64,000 bases of DNA from Carcharhinus amblyrhynchos (lineage: Eukaryota), in assembly GCA_965287045.1 (NCBI GenBank), contig OZ336871.1:107818001-107882000 (forward strand), written 5' to 3'. The position numbers and the translations under genes are program-made. This document shows, one piece after another, positions 53,000 through 64,000 of this stretch (the first letter of the stretch is position 1; each line of letters starts with the position of its first letter). The notes below the pieces were generated by a model. The model made no database searches. It was given only the letters and a program-made list of their open reading frames with translations, and was not told the origin of the DNA.

Positions 53000-55900
53000 A
53001 CATAAGAACATAAGAAATAGGAGCAGGAGTAGGCTATCTAGCCCTTCGAGTCTGCCCCGCCATTCAATAAGATCATGGCTGATCTGTCGTGGCTCAGTTC
53101 CACATTCCTGCCCTCTCCCCATAACCCTTAATCCCCTCGCTTATCAAAAACTTATCTACCCGCGTCTTAAAAATATTTAGCGAGGCAGCCTCCACCACTT
53201 CAACGGGCAGAGACTTCCAGAGATTCACCACCCTTTGAGTGAAGAAGTTCCTCCTCAACTCCGTTCTAAACCCCCCCCCTCTATCTTGAGGCTGTGCCCC
53301 CTAGTCCTACTGTCTTTTTTGAGCGGGAAGAGTCTCTCCACCTCTATCCTATCCATCCCATTCATCATCTTATACGTCTCAATGAGATCTCCCCTCATTC
53401 TTCTAAACTCTAACGAGTACAAGCCTAGTTTATGCAGCCTCCCCTCATAGCTCAACCCACTCAACTCCGGTATCAGCCTAGTAAGCCTCCTCTGCACTCC
53501 CTCCAAGGCCAAAATATCCTTGCGCAGGTGCGGCAACCAAAACTGCACACAGTACTCCAGCTGCAGTCTCAACAATGCCCTATACAGCCACAGCAAAACC
53601 TCCCTACTTTTATATTCAATCCCCCTCACTATGAAGGCCAGCATCCCATTAGCCTTCCTGACCACCTGCTGCACCTGCAAGCTGGGTTTTTGCGACTCAT
53701 GCACAAGGACCCCGAGGTCCCTCTGCACCATCGTCTGCTGCAGTTTTTCGCCACGTAAGTAATAGTCCTTCCTACCATTCTTCCTACCAAAGTGGACCAC
53801 CTCGCACTTGCCAACATTAAATTCCATTTGCCAGTTCCTGGCCCATTTGCCCAGCCTATCTAGATCCTACTGCAGACTCTCCACACCCTCCGCGCAATTT
53901 GCCGTTCCACCAATCTTGGTGTCATCAGCAAATTTCGACACCATACACTCGGTTCCCTCCTCCAGATCATCTATATAAATGGTAAATAGCTGAGGCCCCA
54001 GCACCGACCCCTGGGGCACTCCACGAGTCACCAACCGCCAATCCGAATAGCACCCATTGACCCCCACTCTCTGCCTCCTATTTGACAACCAATCCTCTAT
54101 CCACGCTAACACCCTACCCCCAACTCCATGCCCCTTACCTTCTGCAATAACCTCTTGTGAGGTACCTTGTCAAACGCCTTCTGAAAATCCAGAAAGACCA
54201 CATCCACTGGCTGTCCTCTATCCACCGCCCTAGACACATCCTCATAGGACTCCAATAAATTTGTCAGACACGACTTCCCCTTAACGAAACTGTGCTGCGT
54301 CTGCTCTGTTAAGCAATTCCCCTCAAGATGCCTCGCTATTTCCTCCTTGATGACGGATTCTAACATTGTACCTACAACAGACGTTAAACTAACCGGCCTA
54401 TAATTCCCTGCCTTTTGCCTGCCACCCTTCTTAAACAACAGCGTAACATTAGCCATTTTCCAATCTTCCGGCACTTCCCCGGAATCCAGCGACGTCTGGA
54501 AAATAACCACCAAGGCATCCACTATCACCTCCACCATTTCTTTCAGAACCCTCGGATGCATTCCATCCGGTCCTGGGGACTTGTCCACAATCAGTCCCTC
54601 CAGTCTGTCGAGCACCACCTCTCTAGTAACAATAATGTCATTGAGACCCTCCAGTCCTACCATCTTTCCATCGCTAACACCTGGCAAACTATCCACGTCC
54701 TCCTCCGTAAAGACCGAAACAAAAAAGTTATTCAAGGCCTCAGCCATTTCCCCATCCCCTACCACTAAGTCCCCCCTCTCATCCTCTAAGGGTCCAACGT
54801 TCACCCTAGCCAGCCTCTTCCTTTTTATATATGTATAAAAACTCTTGCTATCCTTTTTTATATTAAGCGCTAGCCCAGCTTCATAGTTTCTCCTACCCTT
54901 CTTTGTCAACTTCTTTGTCAATCTTTGTTGACATTTAAATCTCTCCCAATCCTCTTCTCGCCCACTACTCTTAGCTACTCTAAACGCCTCCGCTTTTAAT
55001 TTAACACTTTCCTTCACCTCCTTTGTTATCCACGGCTTATTACCTCTCCTCCTACGGTCCTTTTTGACCATCGGAATAAATTTCCGCTGAGCACCAAGAA
55101 AGATCTCCTTAAAGATCCTCCACTGCTCCTCAGCAGACCTACCTTCCAACGCGCTCCCCCAGTGAACATTCATCAATTCTTCTCTCATCCTACCGTACTC
55201 CCCTCTGTTCAAACAAAGGACACGTGTCCGGGAACCCACTTTCTCCTCCTCCATCTGCACCAGAAACTCCACCATACAATGATCACTCTCCCCAAGAGGA
55301 TCCTTCACCACAAGGTCCCTAATTCTATCCGCCTCGTTACATAACACCAGATCCAAGATAGCGCGCTCCCTCGTCGGCTCCAACACACACTGTTCAAGGA
55401 AACTATCCTGGCAGCATTCCAAGAACTCCTTCTCAAGCCCATCGCGTCCAACATGGGTCAACCAATCAATATGTAGATTGAAATCCCCCATAATTATCGC
55501 CGTTCCATTCCTGCACGCCGCACTTATTTGCGCGTTAACAGCCCGCCCCACCTCCAGATCATTATTCGAGGGCCTATAGACGACACCCACCAGCGTCTTC
55601 CTCCCTTTGCTGTTCCTAATCTCCACCCACAACGATTCCACTTTCTGCTCTTTGGTTCCTATATCATCCCTTGCTACCACCCTGATGCTATCCTTAATCA
55701 GCAGAGCTACGCCCCCCCCCTTTTCCCTCCTGCCTATCCTTCCTAAACACTTGATAGCCCTGTACATTCAGCTCCCAGTCCCTGTCACCTTGCAGCCACG
55801 TCTCTGTAATGGCCACCAGATCATATCCATTTGTGCTGATCTGCGCCACCAGCTCATCCACTTTATTCCGAATGCTTCGTGCATTTAGATAAAGTGCCTT

Positions 55901-56121
55901 CATCCCAGCCTTCACCTGGACCCTATTTGCCAGAACGCCACCAACCATACTCACGCCCCCTACTCCCTTTATTATTGGGACATCCTCGGCCTCTTCCCTT
56001 ACCTGTACCCTCTCCTTAACTTTAGACCCCGTAATGTCAACTACCCTCGCACCCTCCTCCCCACTAATTAGTTTAAAGCCCTACCTACAGTCCTATTTAC
56101 ACGATTCGCCAGGACTCTGGT
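53000..56121 (-). mobile_element. Young CR1 with nearly complete ORF2 (APE + RT) broken by a few frameshifts, plus the end of ORF1
   Basis: [56 protein letters not shown] and KFADD motifs across ORFs 55694-55954, 54106-55767, 53867-54112 and 53255-53827; possible TSD gaataga (52993-52999 / 56122-56128). Confidence 0.96.
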
Positions 56122-56257
56122 GAATAGAGGAGGGGACCGGCATGGTAGACATCCCAAGGAAACTATCACTGATTCAACAAATTAATATAAGTAAGATAAT
56201 GATAATGGATAATTTAGTGGCACTAAAGAACAACAAATCTCTAGGACCAGATGGTTT

Positions 56258-56917
56258 CATAAGAACATAAGAAATAGGAGCAGGAGTAGGCCATCTAGCC
56301 CTTTGAGCCTGCCCCGCCATTCAATAAGATCATGGCTGATCTGAAGTGGATCAGTTCCACTTTCCCGCTTTCTCCCCATAACCCTTAATTCCCTTGTCTG
56401 TCAAAAATCTATCTACCCGTGACTTAAATATATTCAACGACGTTGCCTCCACCACTTCAACAGGCAGAGAATTCCAGAGACTCACCACCCTTTGAGTGAA
56501 GAAGTTCCTCCTCAACTCTGATCTAAACTGCCCCCCTCCCCCCCTTATTTTGAGGCTGTGCTCTTTCGTTCTGCTATCCTTTCTAAGCGGGAAGAATCTC
56601 TCTACCTCTACCCTATCTTCATTATCTTATATGTCCCTTCATTATCTTATATGTCTCTATAAGATCCCCCCTCATCCTTCTAAACTCCAACGAGTACAGG
56701 GCCAGTCTATTCAATCTCTCCTCATAGGCTAACCCCCTCATCTCCGGTATCAGCCTAGTGAACCTTCTCTGCACTCCCTCTAAGGCCAATATATCCTTCC
56801 GCAAATGCGGCGACCAAAACTGTACACAGTACTCCAGCTGCGGCCTCACCAGTGCCCTGTACAGTTGCAGCAAGACCTCCTTGCTTTTATATTCTATCCC
56901 CCTCGCTGTCAAGGCCA
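56258..56917 (-). mobile_element. Young CR1 3' fragment nested in an old + strand CR1
   Basis: RGIEYKSKEVLLQLYRALVRPQLEYCVQFWSP; splits the host motif ggaccagatggtt...tccatccctgagttttaagagaagtg (GPDGFHP.VL.EV). Confidence 0.93.
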
Positions 56918-57451
56918 AAGTTTTTTCCATCCCTGAGTTTTAAGAGAAGTGGGTGGGAACATTGTGAATACCCTGACAACATTCTCTCAATTCAGGAACC
57001 ATTCCTTTTGATGAAAAATTGTGCAAGTCACTCTGTTATTTAGGAAAGGTGATAGAAGGAAACCAGGGAACGTAGACCTGTTAGTCTAATACCTAGCTGA
57101 TGGGAAATTACCAGAGTCTATAATTAAGGATAGGGTCACTGAACACCTTGAAATCATTCCCTAATTGGAAATAGCCACATCGGTTTGTAAAGGGTCATCC
57201 TTTCTTTGAAGAGGGGTGAAAGTAGTAGGCAGTGAATGCCTCTGGATTTTGTTGATATGAACTTTCAAAGATCATTTGATAAAATCCATTCATAAGAGGT
57301 TGTTAGCTCATATTGAATTTCATGAAACTGAAGGCCAATTTCTGACCTGGTAGGAAGCTTTTGAGTGGCAGGAGGCAGAAAGTAGGGAAATGGAAGGGCA
57401 GGGACTCAAATTGGCAGGATGTGATTGCTGATGGCCCACGTTGGAGGCCTT

Positions 57452-59195
57452 ATAGAACATAGAACATTACAGCGCAGAACAGACCCTTCGGTCCACGATG
57501 TTGCGCCGACCAGTTAAAAAACAATGACCCTCTAACCTAAATCAAACCCTTACCATCCATAAACCTATCCACGGATCTCTTAAACGCCCCCAAACTAGGC
57601 GCATTTACAACTGCAGCAGGCAGGGCATTCCAATCCCTCACCACCCTCTGGGTAAAGAACCTACCCCTGACATCCGTCCTATAACTACCACCCCTTAATT
57701 TAAAGCTATGCCCCCTCGTGCTAGCTTTCTCCATCCGAGGAAAAAGGCTATCACTGTCCACCCTATCTAAACCTCTAATCATCTTATATGTTTCAATAAG
57801 GTCCCCTCGTAGCCGCCTTCTTTCTAACGAAAACAACCTCAAATCCCTCAGTCTCTCCTCATAGGACCTCCCCTCCATACCAGGCAACATCCTGGTAAAC
57901 CTCCTCTGCACCCTCTCCAAAGTCTCCACATCCTTCCTATAATGTGGGGACCAGAACTGTACACAATACTCCAAGTGCGGCCGCACCAGAGTTTTGTACA
58001 GTTGCAACATGACGCTGTGGCTCCTAAATTCAATCCCCCTACCAATAAATGCCAAGACACCGTATGCCTTCCTAACAACCCTATCTACTTGATTCCCAAC
58101 TTTCAGGGATCTATGTACACATACACCTAGATCCCTCTGTTCATCCATACTATTCAGAGTCCTACCGTTAGCCCTACACTCTACACATCCGTTATTCCTG
58201 CCAAAGTGAATTACCTCACACTTTTCCGCATTAAACTCCATCCTCCACCTCTCGGCCCAGTTCTGTAACTTGTCCAAGTCTCCCTGTAGACTAAGACACC
58301 CTTCCTCACTATCTACCACACCTCCGACTTTGGTGTCATCAGCAAATTTACTAATCCACCCAACTATACCCTCATTCAGATCATTTATAAAAATTACAAA
58401 CAGCAGTGGCCCCAAAACAGATCCCTGAGGCACACCACTTGTAACCGAACTCCATGACGAATATTTACCATCAACACCACCCTCTGTCTCCTATCCGCCA
58501 GCCAATTCCTGATCCAATTTCCTAGATCACCCTCAATCCCATACATCTGCAATTTCTGCAGAAGCCTTCCATGGTGAACCTTATCAAATGCCTTACTAAA
58601 GTCCATATATACCACGTCAACTGCCTTACCCCCATCCACCTCTTTGGTCACTTTCTCAAAAAACTCAATAAGGTTAGTAAGGCACGACCTACCCTCCACA
58701 AAACCATGCTGACTATCTCTAATCAATTCATTACTCTCCAAATAACTATAAATCCTATCCCTAATAATTTTTTCTAAAACCTTGCCCACAACAGAAGTAA
58801 GACTCACCGGTCTATAATTCCTGGGGAAGTCTCTGTTCCCCTTCTTAAACAATGGGACAACATTCGCTAACCTCCAATCTTCTGGCACTATACTGGTGAC
58901 CAACTACGACCTGAAGATCAGAGCCAGAGGCTCTGCAATCGCCTCCCTTGCCTCCCAGAGAATCCTAGGATAAATCCCGTCTGGCCCAGGGGACTTATCT
59001 ATTTTCAAACCCTCAAGAATATCTAGCACATCCTCCCTATCAACTGCAATACTGTCCAGTTTACAACCCTGTAACCCAGTGTTCTCCTCAGCTACATTTC
59101 TGTCCCCCTGCGTGAACACCGAAGAGAAATATTGGTTCAATGCCTCTCCAATCTCTTCCGGTTCCACACATAAATTCCCACTGCTATCTCTAACT
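57452..59195 (-). mobile_element. Young CR1 of a different subfamily (RT and 3' end), nested in an old CR1
   Basis: ORFs 57537-58433, 58394-58903 and 58904-59167 with [13 protein letters not shown]; (agaacat)n tail. Confidence 0.96.
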
Positions 59196-60147
59196 GCTAT
59201 CTCTATCCATTCACAATGCTCATTAAAAATTTAAATCATAAGATAGAAAGCCAATATCTATATTTTCCAATGATGCAAAGATAAGCAGTGTGGTGTAATA
59301 AGCAATATAGTTTGGAGGTTAAAATCGCAATGTGGTATTTTTATAGATTAAGCGCATGGGCTAAATTCTCTCAAATGGATTTCGATTTAGGCAAATATGA
59401 GGTCATCCACTTTGGACCTAAAAAGGATAGACCAGGATACTTTTAAAATGATGAAAAGTTAGATATACTGGATGTCCACAAAGATTTGGTGATGTTGATG
59501 AATAAATCATTAAAACATTGTGAACAGTTACAGAAAATAATCAAAAATGGTATGCTAGTCTTTATATCCAGAGGAATAGACTACAAGGGAGCGATGTGGT
59601 GCTTCAGTTACACAAAATCCTGGTTAAACCACAGTTGGAATATTGTGGGCACCACACCTTAGGAAGGATATGTTGACTTTGGAGGTAGTGTATTGAAAAT
59701 TTATTAGAATGAGACCTAGGCTCCAAGGGTTAAGCTATGAGGAAAGATTCAACATCTTGCAATATTAGAGGTTGAGGGGTGATTTAATTAAAGTTGCCAA
59801 GATATTAATGGAAATATATAAGGTAAATTGGGAGCAACTATTTCTATTGATTGGGAAATATAGGACCAGAGGGTATTGCCTAAAATTAGAGCCAGATGAG
59901 GAGTGAAATTCTTATCACAAAAGGCAGCAGAAATTTAAAGCTCTTTTCCACAAATGACAATTAATGTTAGACCAATTGTTAATTTTAAAATTGAGATTGA
60001 TAGATTTTTGTTAGGAAATGATTTTTTTAAATCCATTCAAGGGATGTGAGCTTCACTGGCGAGACCAGCATATAATATCTACCCCTAGAGACCCTTGAGA
60101 AGGTAATGAATTGCTATGGTCTCTGTGGTGTAGGGTTACTACCAGGT

Positions 60148-60233
60148 ATAAATAAACCTATTGGACTTTAACTGGGTGTTGTGAGACTTCTTACTGTGTT
60201 TACCCCATTCCAACGCCAGCATCTCCACATCAT
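60148..60233 (+). mobile_element. PLE terminal-repeat 3' fragment
   Basis: aaataaacctattggactttaactgggtgttgtgagacttcttactgtg...caacgccagcatctccacatcat; inserted in a LINE tail. Confidence 0.8.
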
Positions 60234-60699
60234 ATAGGGATACCCACAGTGTCGTCAAAGAAGGAGTTTCAGGATTTTGTTTCAATGATATTGAAGGAAA
60301 AGCAATATAATTCCAAATCAGAATGGTGAGTGACTTGAGGGGAGCATTGCCCATATTAAGGGATGTGCGTCAAAGGTTATTGAGTTCGATCACAGATCAG
60401 ACATGAATGACAGAACAGGTTTGAGGGAATAAGTTTCTTAATCTTATTCTTATGTTCCTATGTTCTGAATAAAATCTTTGATGGTCAGATATATTTTTTC
60501 CACCAATCTATTAGGGTTAGATAGCCATACTAGGAATTAAAGTAATCCAACACCAGAAATGCATACCCATTGCCTAACCTGTAAGCGAGTATAGATAAAT
60601 AACTATCACAGTGGATTGCTACAGATCACAGGGTCATTGTGGATGAGAATGGCTTTCAATTCATCCATGTAACTTTTCCATTTGCAAATACCAGAAGTG

Positions 60700-61654
60700 T
60701 CGAGTGTAGGGTGTCGAAATTTGCTGATGACACCAAGATTGGGGGAACGGCAAATTGTGCGGAGGGTGTGGAGAGTCTGCAGAAGGATCTAGATAGGCTG
60801 GGCGAATGGGCCAGGAAATGGCAAATGGAATTTAATGTTGGCAAGTGTGAGGTGGTCCACATTGGTAGGAAGAATGGTAGGAAGGACTATTACTTATGGG
60901 GCGAAAAACTGCAGCAGGCAACGGTGCAGAGGGACCTCGGGGTCCTTGTGCATGAGTCGCAAAAACCCAGCTTGCAGGTGCAGCAGGTGGTCAGGAAGGC
61001 AAATGGGATGCTGGCCTTCATAGCGAGGGGGATTGAATATAAAAGTAGGGAGGTCTTGCTGCAGCTGTATAGAGCACTGGTGAGGCTGCAGCTGGAGTAC
61101 TGTGTGCAGTTTTGGGCACCGCACCTGCGCAAAGATATTTTGGCCTTGGAGGGAGTGCAGAGGAGGTTTACTAGGCTGATACCGGAGTTGAGGGGGTTGA
61201 GCTATGAGGAGAGGCTGAATAAACTAGGCTTGTACTCGTTAGAGTTTAGAAGAATGAGGGGAGATCTCATTGAGACATATAAGATGATGAATGGGATGGA
61301 TAGGATAGAGGTGGAGAGACTCTTCCCGCTCAAAAAAGACAGTAGGACTAGGGGGCACAGCCTCAAGATAAAAGGGGGGCGGTTTAGAACGGAGTTGAGG
61401 AGGAACTTCTTCACTGAAAGGGTGGTGAATCTCTGGAATTCTCTGCCCGTTGAAGTGGTGGAGGCTGCCTCGCTAAATATTTTTAAGACGCGGGTTGATG
61501 GGTTTTTGATAGGAGAGGGGATTAAGGGTTATGGGGAGAGGGCGGGAAAGTGGAACTGAGCAGCGACAGATCAGCCATGATCTTATTGAATGGCGGGGCA
61601 GGCTCGAAGGGCTAGATGGCCTACTCCTGCTCCTATTTCTTATGTTTCTTATGT
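60700..61654 (+). mobile_element. Young CR1 RT C-terminus and 3'UTR with an uninterrupted frame
   Basis: ORF 60639-61559 [10 protein letters not shown]...GERAGKWN; same subfamily as 53000-56121, in opposite orientation. Confidence 0.96.
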
Positions 61655-61914
61655 CCCCAATTATTTTGGAATCGGTTGTGTTTTTTTGCTTATCCTATGT
61701 TTTCACCATGACTTCAAGATTTTTAGGCACCATTTCTTGAGTTCTTCAGCATTTAAACCATTGAAGTTTGAAGATGAGAAAGCCAATCCGATTCTTTTAT
61801 AATTTCGTAATGGATTGGTTGCATCACCAACTATACAACCCCAAATCTACAATGTACCTGTAAAAGTTATTAAATATGGAAGCCTTACATGGAATGCTGT
61901 GATCTTGAGGATCT

Positions 61915-62128
61915 CATAGAATCATAGAATCCCTACAGTGTAGAAGGAGGCCAATCAGCCCATTGAGCTACACCAACTCTTTGACTGAGTGTCTTACCCA
62001 GGTTCTTTCCAGCACCTTATCCCCTTAACCCCATACATTTACCATGCTAATCCATCTAGCCCAGACATCTTGGGACACATAGGGCCAATATATCATGGCC
62101 AATCCACCTAATCTGCACATCTTTGGAT
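61915..62128 (-). mobile_element. SINE 3' half with a CR1-type tail
   Basis: catagaatcatagaatccctacagtgtagaaggagg. Confidence 0.8.
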
Positions 62129-62846
62129 ATCTCAAATGCATTTGCTAGAGATTATGTGTAGCATTGAAGATGAAATATTATTTTGGGTCTCTTTTATAAA
62201 TAAATAAACCATTAAGATGAACTTCTTGATATCAGTCCTAACTTTTTTTAATTTGTATTTTTGTTCTTATTTTTAACAGTTTATCTTAAAGTTATTCGCT
62301 AGATTTATATTACTATCATTCATTATCTTATTAAACTCTATTAGTCAGCTCTCAGATATTATTGTTAAAGGATAAAAAGCATAACTGCTTCATGTGTGTT
62401 TTTCATAAATTGTACTTTTGATGCCAGAGATCAGACTTGTGGCTTTATTCTATGCTACCTCCACATCTAGAGTGTCTCTCTTCTGTTGTGATTATCAGAA
62501 CTGCACGTGCAGTCAAGGTATGGTCTGTCTACAGTTCAGCGCAACTTTGTTTGACTTGCATTTTATGTCGTATGTCGAGTGTTCAGTCTACTAAAGCACC
62601 AAGGTCTCTTAATTGCATATAATGCATACTGTATGATTTGATCAATTGCATGCTCAGTGCAGCAGAATAATGACCTCAATGAGAATAAAAGTATAATTAC
62701 ATTGTAAACTTATACTATCAGTACTGTATCTAATAAAGTATAAAGGAAAATGTCACATTCTATTTATGAGTGTGCATAGTGACAATATTTAAACTTCTAA
62801 GATACACATAATCTCAGGCAATGCATTTTGAGTCACAGTTTTGAGT

Positions 62847-63310
62847 TATAGAATGATAGAGGCTTACAGCATGGAAATAGGCCCTTCAGCCCAACTTGTC
62901 CATGCCACGCTTTTTTTTCAAACCGCTAAACTAATCCCAATTACCCGCATTTAGCCTATATCTCTCTATACACATCTTACCCATGTAACTGTCAAAGTGC
63001 TTTTTAGTTTAAAAGACAAAATTGCACCCACCTCTACTACGACCTCTGGCAGCTTGTTCCAGACACTCACCACCCTCAGTGTGAAAAATTGTCCCTCTGG
63101 ACACTTTTGTATCTCTTCCCTCTCACCTTAAACTTATGCCCCCTAGTTTTAGACTCCCCTACCTTTGGGAAAACATATTGACTTTCTAGCTGATTTATGG
63201 CTCTCATTATCTTATAGACCTCTATAAGATTGGCCTCAGGCTTCCACACTCCAGAGAAAAATGTTCCAGTCAATCCAGCCTCTCCTTATAACTCAAACCA
63301 TCAAGTCCTT
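62847..63310 (-). mobile_element. CR1 3' fragment
   Basis: NLIEVYKIMRAIN...SKTRGHKFKVRG. Confidence 0.85.
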
Positions 63311-63462
63311 TCAGACCACAGCATTCCAAGTAAAACTTCCATATTTAATCATATTTAAAGGTTCATTGTAGAGTTGGAGTTGTGCTGTTGGCAGTGCTAC
63401 TAATCCATTCTTGTTCTTCTCTCTTCCCAAAGGCAACTCATTGATGATAATTCACTGAATTC

Positions 63463-63620
63463 AGTCCAAAAGTCGCGTTGGTTAGCTGCATTGGCCATGC
63501 TAAATTCTCCCTCAGTGTACCCGAACAGGCGCTGGAGTGTGGCAGCTAGGGGATTTTCACAGTAACTTCATTGTAGTGTTAATGTAAGTCTACTTGTGAC
63601 ATTAATAAATAAACTTTAAA
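63463..63620 (+). mobile_element. HE1-like SINE, 3' half
   Basis: ggttagctgcattggccatgctaaattc...aataaataaacttt. Confidence 0.82.
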
Positions 63621-64000
63621 GTGAACTGCAGCTAAGCGCCATGATTTTTACTGTAGTTATGGTGAGGAGGCTGCCTAAGCTGCAACCAAGATCAAACCCC
63701 ATGCTGTTGCTGTTAATCTAGTGACTAGTTTCCCCCACCGACCCATTATAAAATGAAAGAATTAAATTAGCTTCCCCATCCTCAAGTCAGGAAGTTTGTT
63801 CCATATGTTGAAGATCTCAAGAAATGGTCTTTTTCTTGAGAATACAAGTAAAATTATTTTGAAATTGATCTAAATCTATTGTGGAAACTTTCAATGATAA
63901 ACCATTTGTTTCAAACAGAAACATCCATGGACCAAGTGATAAGTTTTATTTTAACCAAACTGAACTAGAATAGTAAAGAATTAAATGAATGCTAAACGAG

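Larger units (their letters stand above)
56160..60470 (+). mobile_element. Old host CR1 (pieces 56160-56257, 56920-57450, 59200-60020, 60350-60470)
   Basis: Decayed but colinear RT motifs continue across the younger insertions. Confidence 0.7.

Overview
Eukaryotic, repeat-dense vertebrate DNA; the SINE, CR1 and Penelope families present point to a shark or other cartilaginous fish (inference). Two host genes lie tail to tail. PTER (+ strand, 4 coding exons 11008-42834, 349 aa, all six metal ligands intact) faces C1QL3 (- strand, 2 coding exons 46762-45023, 254 aa). The rest is mostly CR1/L2/Rex LINE fragments (some young and nested), tRNA-derived SINEs, Penelope-like elements (PLEs), MITEs and a Gypsy remnant. 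Four observations stand out. (1) An in-frame AUU codon in a strong Kozak context lies 30 codons upstream of the C1QL3 AUG and would turn the signal peptide into a type II membrane anchor. (2) A TSD-flanked, near-perfect 202-bp palindrome in PTER intron 2 is built from a PLE terminal repeat and carries a minimal hammerhead-ribozyme motif on each strand. (3) Opposed poly(A) signals of the two genes lie 23 nt apart. (4) An inverted SINE pair flanks PTER coding exon 2. Exon coordinates were read to the base; repeat boundaries are approximate and repeat family names come from recognition by eye, not a database search.
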